Positions 18,864 to 28,991 of a stretch of 64,000 bases of DNA are shown piece after piece. Numbering within the stretch: the first letter of the stretch is position 1; every line of letters starts with the position of its first letter. A program made the translations under genes and the position numbers. The notes under the pieces were generated by a model that saw only the letters and a list, made by a program, of their open reading frames with translations, was not told the DNA's origin and did no database searches. The DNA comes from Candidatus Latescibacterota bacterium (GTDB lineage Bacteria > Latescibacterota > UBA2968 > GCA-2709665), in the NCBI GenBank assembly GCA_965205485.1, contig OZ242180.1, positions 1,472,001 through 1,536,000 on the forward strand. Reading direction: 5' to 3'.

Positions 18864-21311
18864 CTACATGTCGAATCGTAGACCGACACTCGGCAAAATG
18901 GGCTGTAATAACACATCCTGTACCAGAACTTCCGGCTCGGTCGCATCGAACGAGCGATACCACACGTTTCGCCGGTTGTAGACATTGAACACGCTGAATA
19001 CCAGCTCAGCTTCGACGCCGCCCAGGTTTATTTCACGTGTGACGCCAAGATCGAGCCGATGATAGGCCGGCAGCCGGTACGCGTTCTTTTCCGAAACATG
19101 GACATAGGGTATGGTCTGGCCCGTAGGCTGCTGCACCTCATAACGCGCCTCCGGAATCGTGTAGGCCTGTCCCGTGCCATATACCCAATTCAGGTTGAGG
19201 TTCCAGCCTCTGCCCACGTAATAGTCGGTCACAATCGACACGTCATGACGCCGATCGTACTTTGGCGGAAATGGCTCGCCCTGGTTCAATTCAGGGAAGG
19301 TGTGTTCCGTCTTGCTCAGTGTATATCCAATCCATCCCTTCAGACGCCCCTCCGTCTTCCGAAGCAGGACCTCTCCGCCGTAGGATGTGCCCGATCCGGT
19401 CACGAACAGGTCCGAAAGCGGGGTTGAGTCGTCCAGGCGCACCTGGGACTGGAATTCCACGAGGTCCTCGAGGTCCTTGTGATAGAACTCCAGATCGACC
19501 TGCCATCCTTCGTTTGGCGTCAACATGAGGCCGAATGCGCTGTGGACGGCTTTGCCCGGCGTCAGGGTCTCGTCCACCGGCAGCCACATATCCGTCGTGT
19601 ACGTGTTGGCCTCTATCGAAATCAGGTTGACGAACTGGTGGTAAATGCCCCAGCCGCCCTTGATCGCGATGTTCTCATCGAATTGGTACAGACCCGTCGC
19701 GCGCGGCGACCATCGGGTATAGTTGCCGCTGTTGAAATGACTCACACGAATCCCGGGCGTCAGTTCCAGGCGACCCAGGCGCATCGCATGCTCGAGGTAA
19801 CCCGTCTGGTACAGCGACGCCGTATTGATTCCCGTACGGACCGAATCGCCCACGCCCTGCCGGTAATAGGCGTCGTAGGCCGTGAGTTGAGCGCCGAAAC
19901 GCGTGGTGTGCCAGGGGCCCGAATAGAGGTCGAACGTCGCCTTCGCCGTCAGGTCGTTCAGCTCGTTGTTGCGATTCAGCCCGAATCCACGCCCTTGGCG
20001 GCCCTCGCCGCCTTGCCCCGCCTGATCGGCGTTCTGGTTCGTCGCGACGTCGAAATTCGAGATGTATCGGCTTGCCGAAATCTGGACGTTGCCGATCAGG
20101 TTGTCGGTGTAGATGCGCTGCCATTTGAACCGCGCGATCTGGTTGCCCCAGTCCATGAGCTGTTCTCGCGTCTGCTGGCGAAACGACGGCAGGGATAGAT
20201 CCAGCGCGTCACGGCCCGCGTAGCCGCTGACGGAAATGCTGTTATTGTCCGACACGTCCAGGTTCAGCTTGAAATTCGTATCGTAGAATCCGTAATCCTG
20301 ATCGAAGTCGCCGGTTTGCTGTTGAAAGTTGAATCTCGTCCCTCCAAACCGCCCGCCGCCAAACCCTCCGCCGCCGAATCGGGGCGGCCCGCCGGCGGCG
20401 CCAGGACTCGCCGAAATCGTGCCGATCCGGGTGCTGAACATCTCGTCGACCAGATGACTGAAAAGCGGCGACTCCAGGACTTCCTGATAGGTACGTCGAC
20501 CTGACAACATCCAGGATCCGCGATCGCCCACGGGTCCTTCGACCGTCAGACCCGCGCTGATGAGGTCCATGGATCCTCTGGCATCCAGAGATTTCCGGTT
20601 GCCGTCGAGGTTCGTTATGTCGAGTACGCTCGACAGCCGGTCGCCGTACCGCGCGGGAAATGTACCCTTGATTAATGTCACGTCCTTCAGCGCATCGGGA
20701 TTAAACGTGCTGAAGAAGCCGAACAGGTGGTTCGGGTTATAGACGACCACGTCGTCGAGGAGAATCAGATTCTGTCCGGGCGTGCCCCCCCGAACGTACA
20801 ACCCGGCGGAATTCTCATTCCCTGCCTGAACTCCGGGAAGAAGCTGAATGCCACGCATCAGATCGGGCTGTCCCACCGTTGGAATGCGCGCCAGTTCGGT
20901 CACGCGGGTTCCGAACGCGCTAACCGGTGTCAACTCCGTTGTCGACACGCGCTCTCCTACCACTTCTATCTCGTCGATCGTCAATGCCACGGGTTCGAGC
21001 TCGATCACCAACCTCGCAGTCTCAACCGACTCAATTGCGATATCGACGGATCGACTGGTGTAACCAACGAAGCTCGCGGAAATGACGTGTCTGCCCGGCG
21101 GCAGATTTCCAATGACGAAGTAACCGGACTTATCCGTGGACACCCCGATTTCCAGACTGTCGATCACGACGTTGGCATTCGGCAATGTTTCACCGTCCGT
21201 GGCGTCGCGCACCGTGCCGCGTACCGACCCCAGCCCGTAGGCCTGGTTATAGAAGCCCAACACCCACACACAAAAAACCATCGATAAGATCCGTCTCACA
21301 CGCGCCTCCAT
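18864..21311 (-). CDS. TonB-dependent receptor with carboxypeptidase-regulatory-like N-domain
   Basis: GTVRDATDGETLPNANV, plug-domain motifs LYVRGGTPGQNLILLD and HLFGFFSTFN, then YDRRH, RLPAYHRLDL and a C-terminal beta strand GLRFDM. Confidence 0.92.
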   Translation of the reverse strand: MEARVRRILSMVFCVWVLGFYNQAYGLGSVRGTVRDATDGETLPNANVVIDSLEIGVSTDKSGYFVIGNLPPGRHVISASFVGYTSRSVDIAIESVETARLVIELEPVALTIDEIEVVGERVSTTELTPVSAFGTRVTELARIPTVGQPDLMRGIQLLPGVQAGNENSAGLYVRGGTPGQNLILLDDVVVYNPNHLFGFFSTFNPDALKDVTLIKGTFPARYGDRLSSVLDITNLDGNRKSLDARGSMDLISAGLTVEGPVGDRGSWMLSGRRTYQEVLESPLFSHLVDEMFSTRIGTISASPGAAGGPPRFGGGGFGGGRFGGTRFNFQQQTGDFDQDYGFYDTNFKLNLDVSDNNSISVSGYAGRDALDLSLPSFRQQTREQLMDWGNQIARFKWQRIYTDNLIGNVQISASRYISNFDVATNQNADQAGQGGEGRQGRGFGLNRNNELNDLTAKATFDLYSGPWHTTRFGAQLTAYDAYYRQGVGDSVRTGINTASLYQTGYLEHAMRLGRLELTPGIRVSHFNSGNYTRWSPRATGLYQFDENIAIKGGWGIYHQFVNLISIEANTYTTDMWLPVDETLTPGKAVHSAFGLMLTPNEGWQVDLEFYHKDLEDLVEFQSQVRLDDSTPLSDLFVTGSGTSYGGEVLLRKTEGRLKGWIGYTLSKTEHTFPELNQGEPFPPKYDRRHDVSIVTDYYVGRGWNLNLNWVYGTGQAYTIPEARYEVQQPTGQTIPYVHVSEKNAYRLPAYHRLDLGVTREINLGGVEAELVFSVFNVYNRRNVWYRSFDATEPEVLVQDVLLQPILPSVGLRFDM

Positions 21312-21656
21312 TTTCCCCCGGCGTTCGTAGACTGACAGTCAGGCGGCCGTTTTGTTAGATTGAGGCCCTGGTCTTTCCGTTCCCTTTCCTGTCTCCAGGA
21401 ATGGCGTGAATTCAACCGGATGTGGATGGGCCGGGTACGCGCAATTGCTGCCTACGCCTCGTTGAGTCCCCGTGCCGGAACGGCAATGGCAAGTGAGATG
21501 CTGGCGTGAATCGTGCCGTCGAATTCGGAGGGAGGGGTGTGGAGGTGCGCCGATACGAGAAACGCCTCTCGGGGGGCTATACGGAGAGGCGCAATTCGTC
21601 CTGAAAGGCCAATAACCTGGCCTGGCTAACCGTCAGTCGCCGTCATATGCAGGCGG

Positions 21657-22925
21657 TCACTGCCCCGGCAATAAACTCCGCCTCATCGGTTGCCGCGCAC
21701 GGTAGGTGAGCGACCGCCACGCCCACTCCACCGGCCCGAAGCGATACCGGCGCAGCCACAGCGGCGAGGCGATCAGCTGCACCGCCCAGACACCGACCAC
21801 CAACCCGGCCTGCCCGACGCGCTCAACGGCGCCGAACCAGCCCAGACCGTGTCCGTAGAAGATCGTCGTGCAGATGACCGTTTGCAGCAGATAGTTGGTG
21901 AGGGCGGTCTGGCCCACGGCCGCGAACGGACGCGTGACACGGCGAAGCGCCGGTGTCCGGCACGCCAGCATTATCGCACCGACGTAGCCGAGACTGACAG
22001 CAATACTCGTCCAGTAGACCAGCTGAATGCCCGTGAATAACGACCGGACCGACCATCCGGACGCGAAGTCGAGCGAGATTCCGTACGCCTGGAGGGGAAA
22101 GCCGACGGCGGCCGCAACAGCGATCAGCGACACGTAGAAGCGTGTCGAGCGTTGCGCGTTGAACACGTCCTTCTTGAAAAGCGCCATCCCGATCAGCATC
22201 AACCCACCTGCGCGCCATACGACCGCCACGATCAGCGCCAGCGTCTCGCTCGCAAGCGCCGTCACTGACCGATCGGGCATCTGTTCAAGCCAGCCGCCGC
22301 GGTATGTGGCGATTTCGGCTTCGACTTTCTCCTGCGGCGGCTGCCAGGCGTCTGCGACGAACTTGGCGCGTGCCTCCTCCGGCCAGTACGGGAACGACAG
22401 ACCCAATACGCCCCAGAACGCGGCGAAAGCGACAAGCAGCGCCACTCCAATGGCGATCAGCCGCGTTGGCGACAGGCGGCGCAGCGGATACACCAGCATC
22501 CCGCAGACAGCGTAATGGAAGAGGATATCCCCCCACCAGAGAAGATGCCCGTGGAGCAGCCCGATGACCATCAGCCATCTCATGCGCCGGTAGTGTACCC
22601 GGCGGGCGTCCCCGCGTGCCTCCGCCCGTCCCGTCATCAGGACAATGCCCGCGCCGAAGAGCATTGAAAAGATCGTCATGAACTTTTGATCGGCCAGCAT
22701 CCGGCCCGCGATCCAGACATAACGGTTCGCGCCTGTGAGGTCGCCGAAGGCGGTCGGGTTGAAGTACGCCGCCTGGGGCATGGCGAATGCCTGGATGTTC
22801 ATGATGAGGATGCCGAGCAGGGCCACGCCGCGCAGGACGTCAATCGACTCGATGCGTTCGGTCTGGGAGACGGGTGCGGCACTCGAATCCTGAGCGGGAT
22901 CGACTATCGTGGCGTCTTCGTTCAT
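21657..22925 (-). CDS. DUF418 (YeiB-like) membrane protein
   Basis: RIESIDVLRGVALLGILIMNI, KFMTIFSMLFG, GDILFHYA, ALTNYLLQT and GPVEWAWRSLTY. Confidence 0.9.
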   Translation of the reverse strand: MNEDATIVDPAQDSSAAPVSQTERIESIDVLRGVALLGILIMNIQAFAMPQAAYFNPTAFGDLTGANRYVWIAGRMLADQKFMTIFSMLFGAGIVLMTGRAEARGDARRVHYRRMRWLMVIGLLHGHLLWWGDILFHYAVCGMLVYPLRRLSPTRLIAIGVALLVAFAAFWGVLGLSFPYWPEEARAKFVADAWQPPQEKVEAEIATYRGGWLEQMPDRSVTALASETLALIVAVVWRAGGLMLIGMALFKKDVFNAQRSTRFYVSLIAVAAAVGFPLQAYGISLDFASGWSVRSLFTGIQLVYWTSIAVSLGYVGAIMLACRTPALRRVTRPFAAVGQTALTNYLLQTVICTTIFYGHGLGWFGAVERVGQAGLVVGVWAVQLIASPLWLRRYRFGPVEWAWRSLTYRARQPMRRSLLPGQ

Positions 22926-23015
22926 TGTCTCATAGCCTCTTCGGGAACATCGATGGGTGGAAAGGGGGAGTCCGACGGCCACCAGTCGACGGGCAGCGGC
23001 CAACCCAGCGACCTG

Positions 23016-23126
23016 GCTATCAGCTGTCAGCCGTCAGCTATCAGCTAAACACAGAAACGAAAGGCAAAATCAAAACCTACCACTCCACGCCCCCCGCAGA
23101 CCTCTCTCCCCTAAAGGAAAGAGGGA
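23016..23126. repeat. Heptamer (GCTATCA-type) array-tipped intergenic repeat; inverted homolog at 28876-28991
   Basis: After the heptamers, AAACGAAAGGCAAAATCAAAACCT(A/G)CCACTCCAC(G/A)CCCCCCGCAGACCTCTCTCCCC is shared with the reverse complement of 28876-28991. Confidence 0.8.
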
Positions 23127-23521
23127 GGAAAGGCAGATCTCGCCCAATCAATGCACTTCACATCTGGCGACCGGGGGTATGGGGGGTTTTTCCGTGTTAA
23201 TCCGTTTAGCACCCAAGTGTTGGTACAACTGAGGGACTTGAAGGCCACCCAATTGTCATTTTTGCCTCCGGAGTGATTCACGGAAAAACCGGCCCCCTGC
23301 CGAAGGGCGCGCTTCTTTTTGGTCCTTTTTCTTACGCGGATAAGAAAAAGGACGTAAATAAAATAAAAATAATGATTTGATTTTAAAAATAGCACCCTGC
23401 ATTAAGCAAATCCATCTATGGTCTTTCTTTTTAAAATCATGCCTGCGGCGTGTTCCTTAACAGCGGGGAGACGGAAGAGGGTAGAGAACCACACTCCGCC
23501 CCACCACCTGGTGAGAAGGTA

Positions 23522-23631
23522 GACGGAAGAGGGGAGAGATTGCCTGCCCTGTGAGGTTTCCTCTCCTGCCGCAGGCAAGTCGGAGGAGCAAATGGGCAAG
23601 GGCATCATCTCCTGTCTTACGTCTTGCGTCT
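23522..23631. repeat. Intergenic repeat element; second copy at 38546-38670
   Basis: Shared GAGGGGAGAGATTG(C/T)CTGCC(C/T)TGTGAGGTTTC...GGGCAAGG...GTCTTACGTCT. The 38.6-kb copy has imperfect terminal inverted repeats GACGGGAAGACGTAAG / CTTACGTCTCCCGTC. Confidence 0.7.
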
Positions 23632-23762
23632 ACCCGATTTCCCGTTGTTGACCGTCGTCCTGCATTCGATTAAATTAAATCCGGAATGAATGAAAACAAG
23701 CCGGAAATAATCCTGGCACGCGGACAAGACGGCTTCAGTTGAATAAACGAGAAAGGAAAACC

Positions 23763-25436
23763 ATGGCGCTGAACAAGCACAGCTCCCGGATAACGCAGGT
23801 GAAGTCTCAGGGCGCGTCCCAGGCGATGTTGTACGGAACGGGAATGACCGAAGCGGATATGGACAAGGCGCAGGTCGGCATCGCCAGCATGTGGTACGAA
23901 GGCAATACCTGCAATATGCACCTGCTGGATCTGGCGGCGAAGGTGAAGCAGGGCGTGGACGCTGCCGGTCTTCTGGGCATGCGATTCAACACGATTGGCG
24001 TGAGCGACGGGATCTCCATGGGCACGGAGGGCATGAGCTTTTCGCTTCAATCGCGGGACCTTATCGCGGATTCGATCGAAACGGTAATGGGCGCGCAGTG
24101 GTACGACGCCAATATTTCCCTTCCGGGATGCGACAAGAACATGCCGGGGTGTGTGATGGCCATGGGGCGGTTGAACCGGCCGTCATTGATGATCTACGGA
24201 GGTACGATCAAGCCCGGATTCCGGGACCACAAGAAGCTCGATATCGTGTCGGCCTTTCAGAGTTATGGTGAGTACCTGGCGGGCGAACTGGACGAAGCGG
24301 GGAGGAAGGGCGTTGTGCAGCACGCCTGCCCGGGCGCCGGAGCGTGCGGCGGGATGTACACCGCGAACACAATGGCGTCCGCTATCGAAGCGATGGGCAT
24401 GTCGCTGCCTTACAGCTCTTCCACACCCGCCGTGGACAAGGGCAAGCTGGAGGAGTGCTTCCAGTCCGGAGCAGCCATCAGGAATCTGCTGGAGAAGGAT
24501 ATCAAGCCCAGGGACATTATGACCCGCGAGGCGTTCGAAAACGCCATGGTCGTGGTGATGGCCCTCGGCGGGTCGACCAACGCGGTGCTGCACCTGATCG
24601 CAATGGCAAAATCCGTCGGCGTGCCGCTGACCATCGACGACTTTCAGGCGGTGAGCGACCGCGTGCCGTTGTTGGCGGACTTCAAGCCCAGCGGGCTGTA
24701 TGTGATGGAGGATCTGCACAACGTCGGCGGAACGCCGGGCGCGATGAAGGTTCTGCTGGAGAACGGCTTCCTGAATGGAGACTGCCTGACCGCGACGGGT
24801 CGGACGATTGCGGAGAACCTCGCGGAGTTGCCCGGACTTGACGAGGGTCAGGAGGTGGTCCGGCCCATGGACCGGCCGATCAAGGCCACGGGGCATCTGC
24901 GCATTCTGCGCGGCAACCTGGCGTCGGAGGGCGCGGTGGCCAAGATCACGGGGAAGGAAGGGGTGCGGTTCTCCGGTCCCGCGGCGGTGTTCGACCGGGA
25001 GGAGGACCTGCTTGGCGCCGTCGAGCGAAACGAAGTGAAGAAGGGATGCGTGGTGGTCATCCGTTACGAGGGACCCACGGGCGGGCCTGGCATGCCGGAG
25101 ATGCTCACGCCCACGTCGGTGATCATGGGCGCGGGCCTTGGTAATGACGTCGCCCTGATTACGGACGGTAGGTTCTCGGGCGGATCTCACGGCTTCGTCG
25201 TCGGGCACATCACGCCCGAAGCGCAGGAGGGCGGCGCCATCGCCCTCGTCAAGGATGGCGACGTGATTACAATCGACGCGGAGACCAACGAGATCAGCGT
25301 GGACCTGAGCGACGAGGAACTGGCCGAGCGGCGCGCGGCCTGGAACGCACCGCCTTACAAGGCCTCGCAGGGGACGCTCTACAAATACATCAAGACCGTG
25401 ACCACGGCCTCCGAGGGATGCGTGACGGACGAGTAG
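23763..25436 (+). CDS. ilvD: Dihydroxy-acid dehydratase
   Basis: [56 protein letters not shown] and TDGRFSGG. Confidence 0.97.
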   Translation: MALNKHSSRITQVKSQGASQAMLYGTGMTEADMDKAQVGIASMWYEGNTCNMHLLDLAAKVKQGVDAAGLLGMRFNTIGVSDGISMGTEGMSFSLQSRDLIADSIETVMGAQWYDANISLPGCDKNMPGCVMAMGRLNRPSLMIYGGTIKPGFRDHKKLDIVSAFQSYGEYLAGELDEAGRKGVVQHACPGAGACGGMYTANTMASAIEAMGMSLPYSSSTPAVDKGKLEECFQSGAAIRNLLEKDIKPRDIMTREAFENAMVVVMALGGSTNAVLHLIAMAKSVGVPLTIDDFQAVSDRVPLLADFKPSGLYVMEDLHNVGGTPGAMKVLLENGFLNGDCLTATGRTIAENLAELPGLDEGQEVVRPMDRPIKATGHLRILRGNLASEGAVAKITGKEGVRFSGPAAVFDREEDLLGAVERNEVKKGCVVVIRYEGPTGGPGMPEMLTPTSVIMGAGLGNDVALITDGRFSGGSHGFVVGHITPEAQEGGAIALVKDGDVITIDAETNEISVDLSDEELAERRAAWNAPPYKASQGTLYKYIKTVTTASEGCVTDE

Positions 25437-25444
25437 AGGGGACA

Positions 25445-25488
25445 AAGGAAGAAAGCAGAAGGAAGAAGGAAGAGGAAAAGGCAAAAAG
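25445..25488. repeat. GAAGGAA-type heptamer array; inverted partners at 25971-26018 and 38723-38753
   Basis: AAAGGAAGAAAGCAGAAGGAAGAAGGAAGAGGAAAAGGCAAAAAG shows 7-nt periodicity. Confidence 0.7.
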
Positions 25489-25505
25489 CGGGAAGACGAT
25501 CAGAT

Positions 25506-25901
25506 ATGAGCTTGACAGGCGAGGCGGAAAGCGGTTACGAGACTGAAGCGAAGCCACCGGTTGATTGGGAAACCCTTTCCCGACACGTGAATGAAAGAGG
25601 CGCGGTCGTCTACAACGTGTCGTGGAGACACCGGTGTACGCTGGAGTGGAAGCTGCCCTGGAGTCATCTCATTTTGAATATGTTTGCCCGAAAGCTTGAA
25701 TGGATCGTGCTGGTGGTGACATGCTACCTGGCGTTCACCGGTTTGTGGCCATACGCCACTGTTGGATTCGGGATCTGGTACCTGGTCCTCTTCCCATTCA
25801 AGAGAAAAAGCGTGATTGCTGCCATTACAGTCCACGCTGCGCAAGACCGCGAATTTTTCGATCTGGCCAATCAACGCGGGACTTTTCGATTGGAACCATG
25901 A
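25506..25901 (+). CDS. Hypothetical small membrane protein
   Basis: 131-aa ORF with two hydrophobic segments, lower GC than its neighbours, filling the gap between ilvD and glpK. Confidence 0.55.
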   Translation: MSLTGEAESGYETEAKPPVDWETLSRHVNERGAVVYNVSWRHRCTLEWKLPWSHLILNMFARKLEWIVLVVTCYLAFTGLWPYATVGFGIWYLVLFPFKRKSVIAAITVHAAQDREFFDLANQRGTFRLEP

Positions 25902-25976
25902 ATTGAGTTGGCGTGAGCCGGGAGACGATCACATCCAAACGGTCTCCCGTTGCCCATTGAAAACCACTTGTTCCTA

Positions 25977-27518
25977 CTACTCTCTACTTTCTTCCTTTTT
26001 CCTTCTTCCTTCTTCCTTGTCTCTACTTACCGGATTTCCGTGGTGGCGGGCGGTTCGAACGGCGTGACGCCATTGATTCAGCAGGGCGTCGCGCTTTTTC
26101 TTTGGCATGGCGGGTTCGAAGGTGCGTTCCGGTGGATTGAGACCTGAAAGTGCGTCAGGGCCCGTCCAGAAACCGGTCGCAAGCCCCGCGAGCATGGCGG
26201 CGCCCAGAGCGGTGGTCTCGGTGTGGCGGGGGCGGATCACCGGCGTACCGAGAATATCGGCCTGGAATTGCATGAGGAAGTCGTTGGCCGAGGCGCCGCC
26301 GTCTACCCTCATACCGGTGACGGAACGCCCGGTATCGGCGGCCATGGCATCCACCAGCGCGGCGCTCTGGTACGCGATGGATTCGAGGGCTGCGCGGGCG
26401 ACGTGGGCGCGTTCGGTACCCCGGTTGATGCCGACGATCGTCCCGCGGGCGTCCGGATCCCAGTACGGCGCGCCGAGGCCGGTGAAGGCTGGGACGAGAT
26501 AGACGCCGCCATTGTCCGGAACCGATCGCGCGAGCGCTTCCGTATCGGACGCATTCGCGATCAGACCGAGACCGTCGCGCAACCACTGGACGGCCGAGCC
26601 GGCGCTGAAGACGGAGCCTTCGAGGGCGAATGCGGGACCGCCGCGGGAATCGCATGCAAGCGTGGTGAGCAGGCCGTTCCGAGAGGGAAACGCGTCCGAG
26701 CCCGTGTGGAACAGGGCGAAGCAGCCGGTGCCGTACGTGTTCTTGACGTCACCCTCAGATACGCCGCGCTGCCCGAAGAGCGCCGCCTGTTGGTCTCCCG
26801 CGATACCGGCAATGGGGATCCCCTCCGGCAGCGGACGCGCGCCCCGGGTGGTTCCGAACACATGGGCCGAGCGATGAACCTCAGGGAGAATAGCCCGGGG
26901 GATGTTGAACGCGTCGAGAAGGTCCAGGTCCCACTCGCGCGAATGGATATTGAAACACATGGTGCGGGAGGCATTGGTCAGGTCCGTCGCGTGAACGGCG
27001 CCCCCGGTGAGCCGGTAGAGGAGGTAGGTGTCGATCGTGCCGAAGCAGACGTCCCCGGCTTCCGCCCGGTAACGAAGCCCCGGTACGTTTTCCAGAAGCC
27101 AGACGATTTTGGTCGCGGAAAAGTAGGCGTCGATGACAAGGCCCGTCTTCTTTACCCGGACCGTCTCTTCCAGGCCCCGCTCCCGGTAGCGCCGGCAGAG
27201 GTCCGCGGTCCTTCGGCACTGCCAAACGATGGCGTCGTGCACCGGTTCTCCGGTGCGACGGTCCCAGATGACCGTGGTTTCCCGCTGGTTGGCGATCCCG
27301 ATGCCCGCGAGGTCCGCAGGGCGGATGCCCGAATCTCGCATCGCGTCGGCGACCACCGCGCAGGTGGAGCGCCAGATTTCATCCGCATTGTGAGAGACCC
27401 AGCCGGGTTGAGGATAGATCTGGCTGAATTCGGCGTAGGCGCGGCCGACGATATCGCCACCATGGTTGATGACGAGTACGGTCGTCCCCGTGGTGCCCTG
27501 GTCGATGGAGAGAATCAT
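25977..27518 (-). CDS. glpK: Glycerol kinase
   Basis: ILSIDQGTT, IANQRETT, AIVWQCRRT, DAYFSATK, GDQQAALFG, KNTYGTGCF and GLGAPYWD. Confidence 0.96.
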   Translation of the reverse strand: MILSIDQGTTGTTVLVINHGGDIVGRAYAEFSQIYPQPGWVSHNADEIWRSTCAVVADAMRDSGIRPADLAGIGIANQRETTVIWDRRTGEPVHDAIVWQCRRTADLCRRYRERGLEETVRVKKTGLVIDAYFSATKIVWLLENVPGLRYRAEAGDVCFGTIDTYLLYRLTGGAVHATDLTNASRTMCFNIHSREWDLDLLDAFNIPRAILPEVHRSAHVFGTTRGARPLPEGIPIAGIAGDQQAALFGQRGVSEGDVKNTYGTGCFALFHTGSDAFPSRNGLLTTLACDSRGGPAFALEGSVFSAGSAVQWLRDGLGLIANASDTEALARSVPDNGGVYLVPAFTGLGAPYWDPDARGTIVGINRGTERAHVARAALESIAYQSAALVDAMAADTGRSVTGMRVDGGASANDFLMQFQADILGTPVIRPRHTETTALGAAMLAGLATGFWTGPDALSGLNPPERTFEPAMPKKKRDALLNQWRHAVRTARHHGNPVSRDKEEGRRKKEESRE

Positions 27519-27519
27519 A

Positions 27520-27707
27520 GGAAGCTGTTTTAAAATTACCGGTGAGTTCCCGAGCGTGAGCGAAAAAGCGGCGGTCAAGGCGGGAGAATCCGCCTATGAG
27601 AGGCGAGCAGGCGCAGCCTCGATCTCGTAAGACGGGTGGGTTTGACCAACGCCGACCGGCGCTTTTGCAGCCGCGCGAAGACCGCTGGGGATTTTAAGAC
27701 AGCTTCC
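27520..27707. mobile_element. MITE family A (copy 1)
   Basis: 17-bp terminal inverted repeats GGAAGCTGTTTTAAAAT / ATTTTAAGACAGCTTCC (1 mismatch). Near-identical copy at 51748-51911. Confidence 0.85.
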
Positions 27708-27767
27708 AAAGACGTCCGGCGCAGCTCGCACGCTTGAGTCTGATTGGGGCGCTGTCGCATCGCCATC

Positions 27768-28616
27768 TCACGAATCCCTTTCTTCCATCGGGATCGCCTG
27801 CTCTGATAATGCGCCCTCTTCCCATTTTTCCAGCCGAATTCCGCCATTTTCCAACACCGCATAAGTGCATTGCTGGATCCAGTCGCCCAGAACGACCAGT
27901 TCGCCTGTGCGTTCAGTTCGGGCATCGGTGTGGTCCTCGTGACGCATCTCCGTGCCTGCCGGATCGCCTGGTGAACCGCCCACGCGGGCGTGGAGCGTAA
28001 AGTGGTAGTGGCCGTGGATGACGATGTCGACGCCCTGAGCGATTTTTTCCCGTGCGGCCCTATAGAGAATATCCCGGTTACCGGAACCCCGCCTTCGGAT
28101 CCGGTATTCGGAGAGCCGTGAGGTGTACCCGGCGAGAATGGCCCCAAAGTCCGGGTGAAGCAAGCGAAACAGGCCCACGCAGAAGCGGTTTTTCAGAATG
28201 CCGCGGCTGAGGCGGAATCGCCAGTCGGTCCGGATTTCGTCTCCGTGGGCAATGTGGATCCTGAGACCCTGGTGCGTGACCGTGATGGGCCCGCCCGGCA
28301 ATTCAACGCCGAGCTGACCCGAGAAGTATTCGCCCGGCCACAGGTCGTGATTCCCCGGCAGGTAGATCACGCGAACGCCGGATTCGACGAGGTTGTACAG
28401 TTCGAACAGGACCCGGGCGCCGCTCGAAGGGACCGTCGTGCGGTACTCGAACCAGAAGTCAAAGAGGTCGCCGACGATGTATAGCGCCTCCGCGTTGCGA
28501 CGGATGGACTTCAGGAAGCCGATCAGGACCTCTTCCCGCTCGCGGGCGTTGCCTTCTATATCGGGTGCGCCGATATGAACGTCGGAGATGAAATAGATCC
28601 GTTCCAATGTCGTCAC
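27768..28616 (-). CDS. lpxH: UDP-2,3-diacylglucosamine hydrolase (metallophosphoesterase)
   Basis: FISDVHIG, GDLFDFWFEY, PGNHD, HGD, HGHYH and LGDW. Confidence 0.85.
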   Translation of the reverse strand: MTTLERIYFISDVHIGAPDIEGNAREREEVLIGFLKSIRRNAEALYIVGDLFDFWFEYRTTVPSSGARVLFELYNLVESGVRVIYLPGNHDLWPGEYFSGQLGVELPGGPITVTHQGLRIHIAHGDEIRTDWRFRLSRGILKNRFCVGLFRLLHPDFGAILAGYTSRLSEYRIRRRGSGNRDILYRAAREKIAQGVDIVIHGHYHFTLHARVGGSPGDPAGTEMRHEDHTDARTERTGELVVLGDWIQQCTYAVLENGGIRLEKWEEGALSEQAIPMEERDS

Positions 28617-28633
28617 CGATGTTGGAAGAAACA

Positions 28634-28991
28634 GCTATCAGCTATCAGCCGTCAGTTTTCAGCTGTCAGCTTAAGACCAAAGGCGAAAACCACACTGCAG
28701 GATATCTGAGCCGACGTGATCCCCGCGCGGGTGCGGACCTTTCCCCTAGCCCCTTCCTGACAGGAAGGGGGAACGGTGATCGGTGGATCTACCGTCATTG
28801 GGAACGTGCCGGGACGGCGATATCCTTTCAATCGAAGTTTCTTCAAATGACCGGCACGCGACGCCTGCTTTTCCTCCCTCTCTCCCTGTGGGAGAGAGGG
28901 CCGGGGAGAGAGGTCTGCGGGGGGTGTGGAGTGGCAGGTTTTGATTTTGCCTTTCGTTTTTGTCTTTGGCTGACCGCTGATAGCTGACAGC
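28634..28991. repeat. Intergenic element bounded by inverted GCTATCA/TGATAGC heptamer arrays with internal hairpins
   Basis: GCTATCA GCTATCA GCCGTCA GTTTTCA GCTGTCA at 28634-28668 and the reverse form at 28968-28991. Internal hairpins CCCCTTCCT..AGGAAGGGG and CTCTCTCCC..GGGAGAGAG. Confidence 0.7.

Noticed and set aside
24183..25484. Long antisense ORFs (also 26223..27533, 31256..32440, 42677..44032, 44182..45264, 61968..62912)
   Set aside because: They are shadows of well-supported genes on the opposite strand, as expected in GC-rich DNA, and contain no recognisable motifs.
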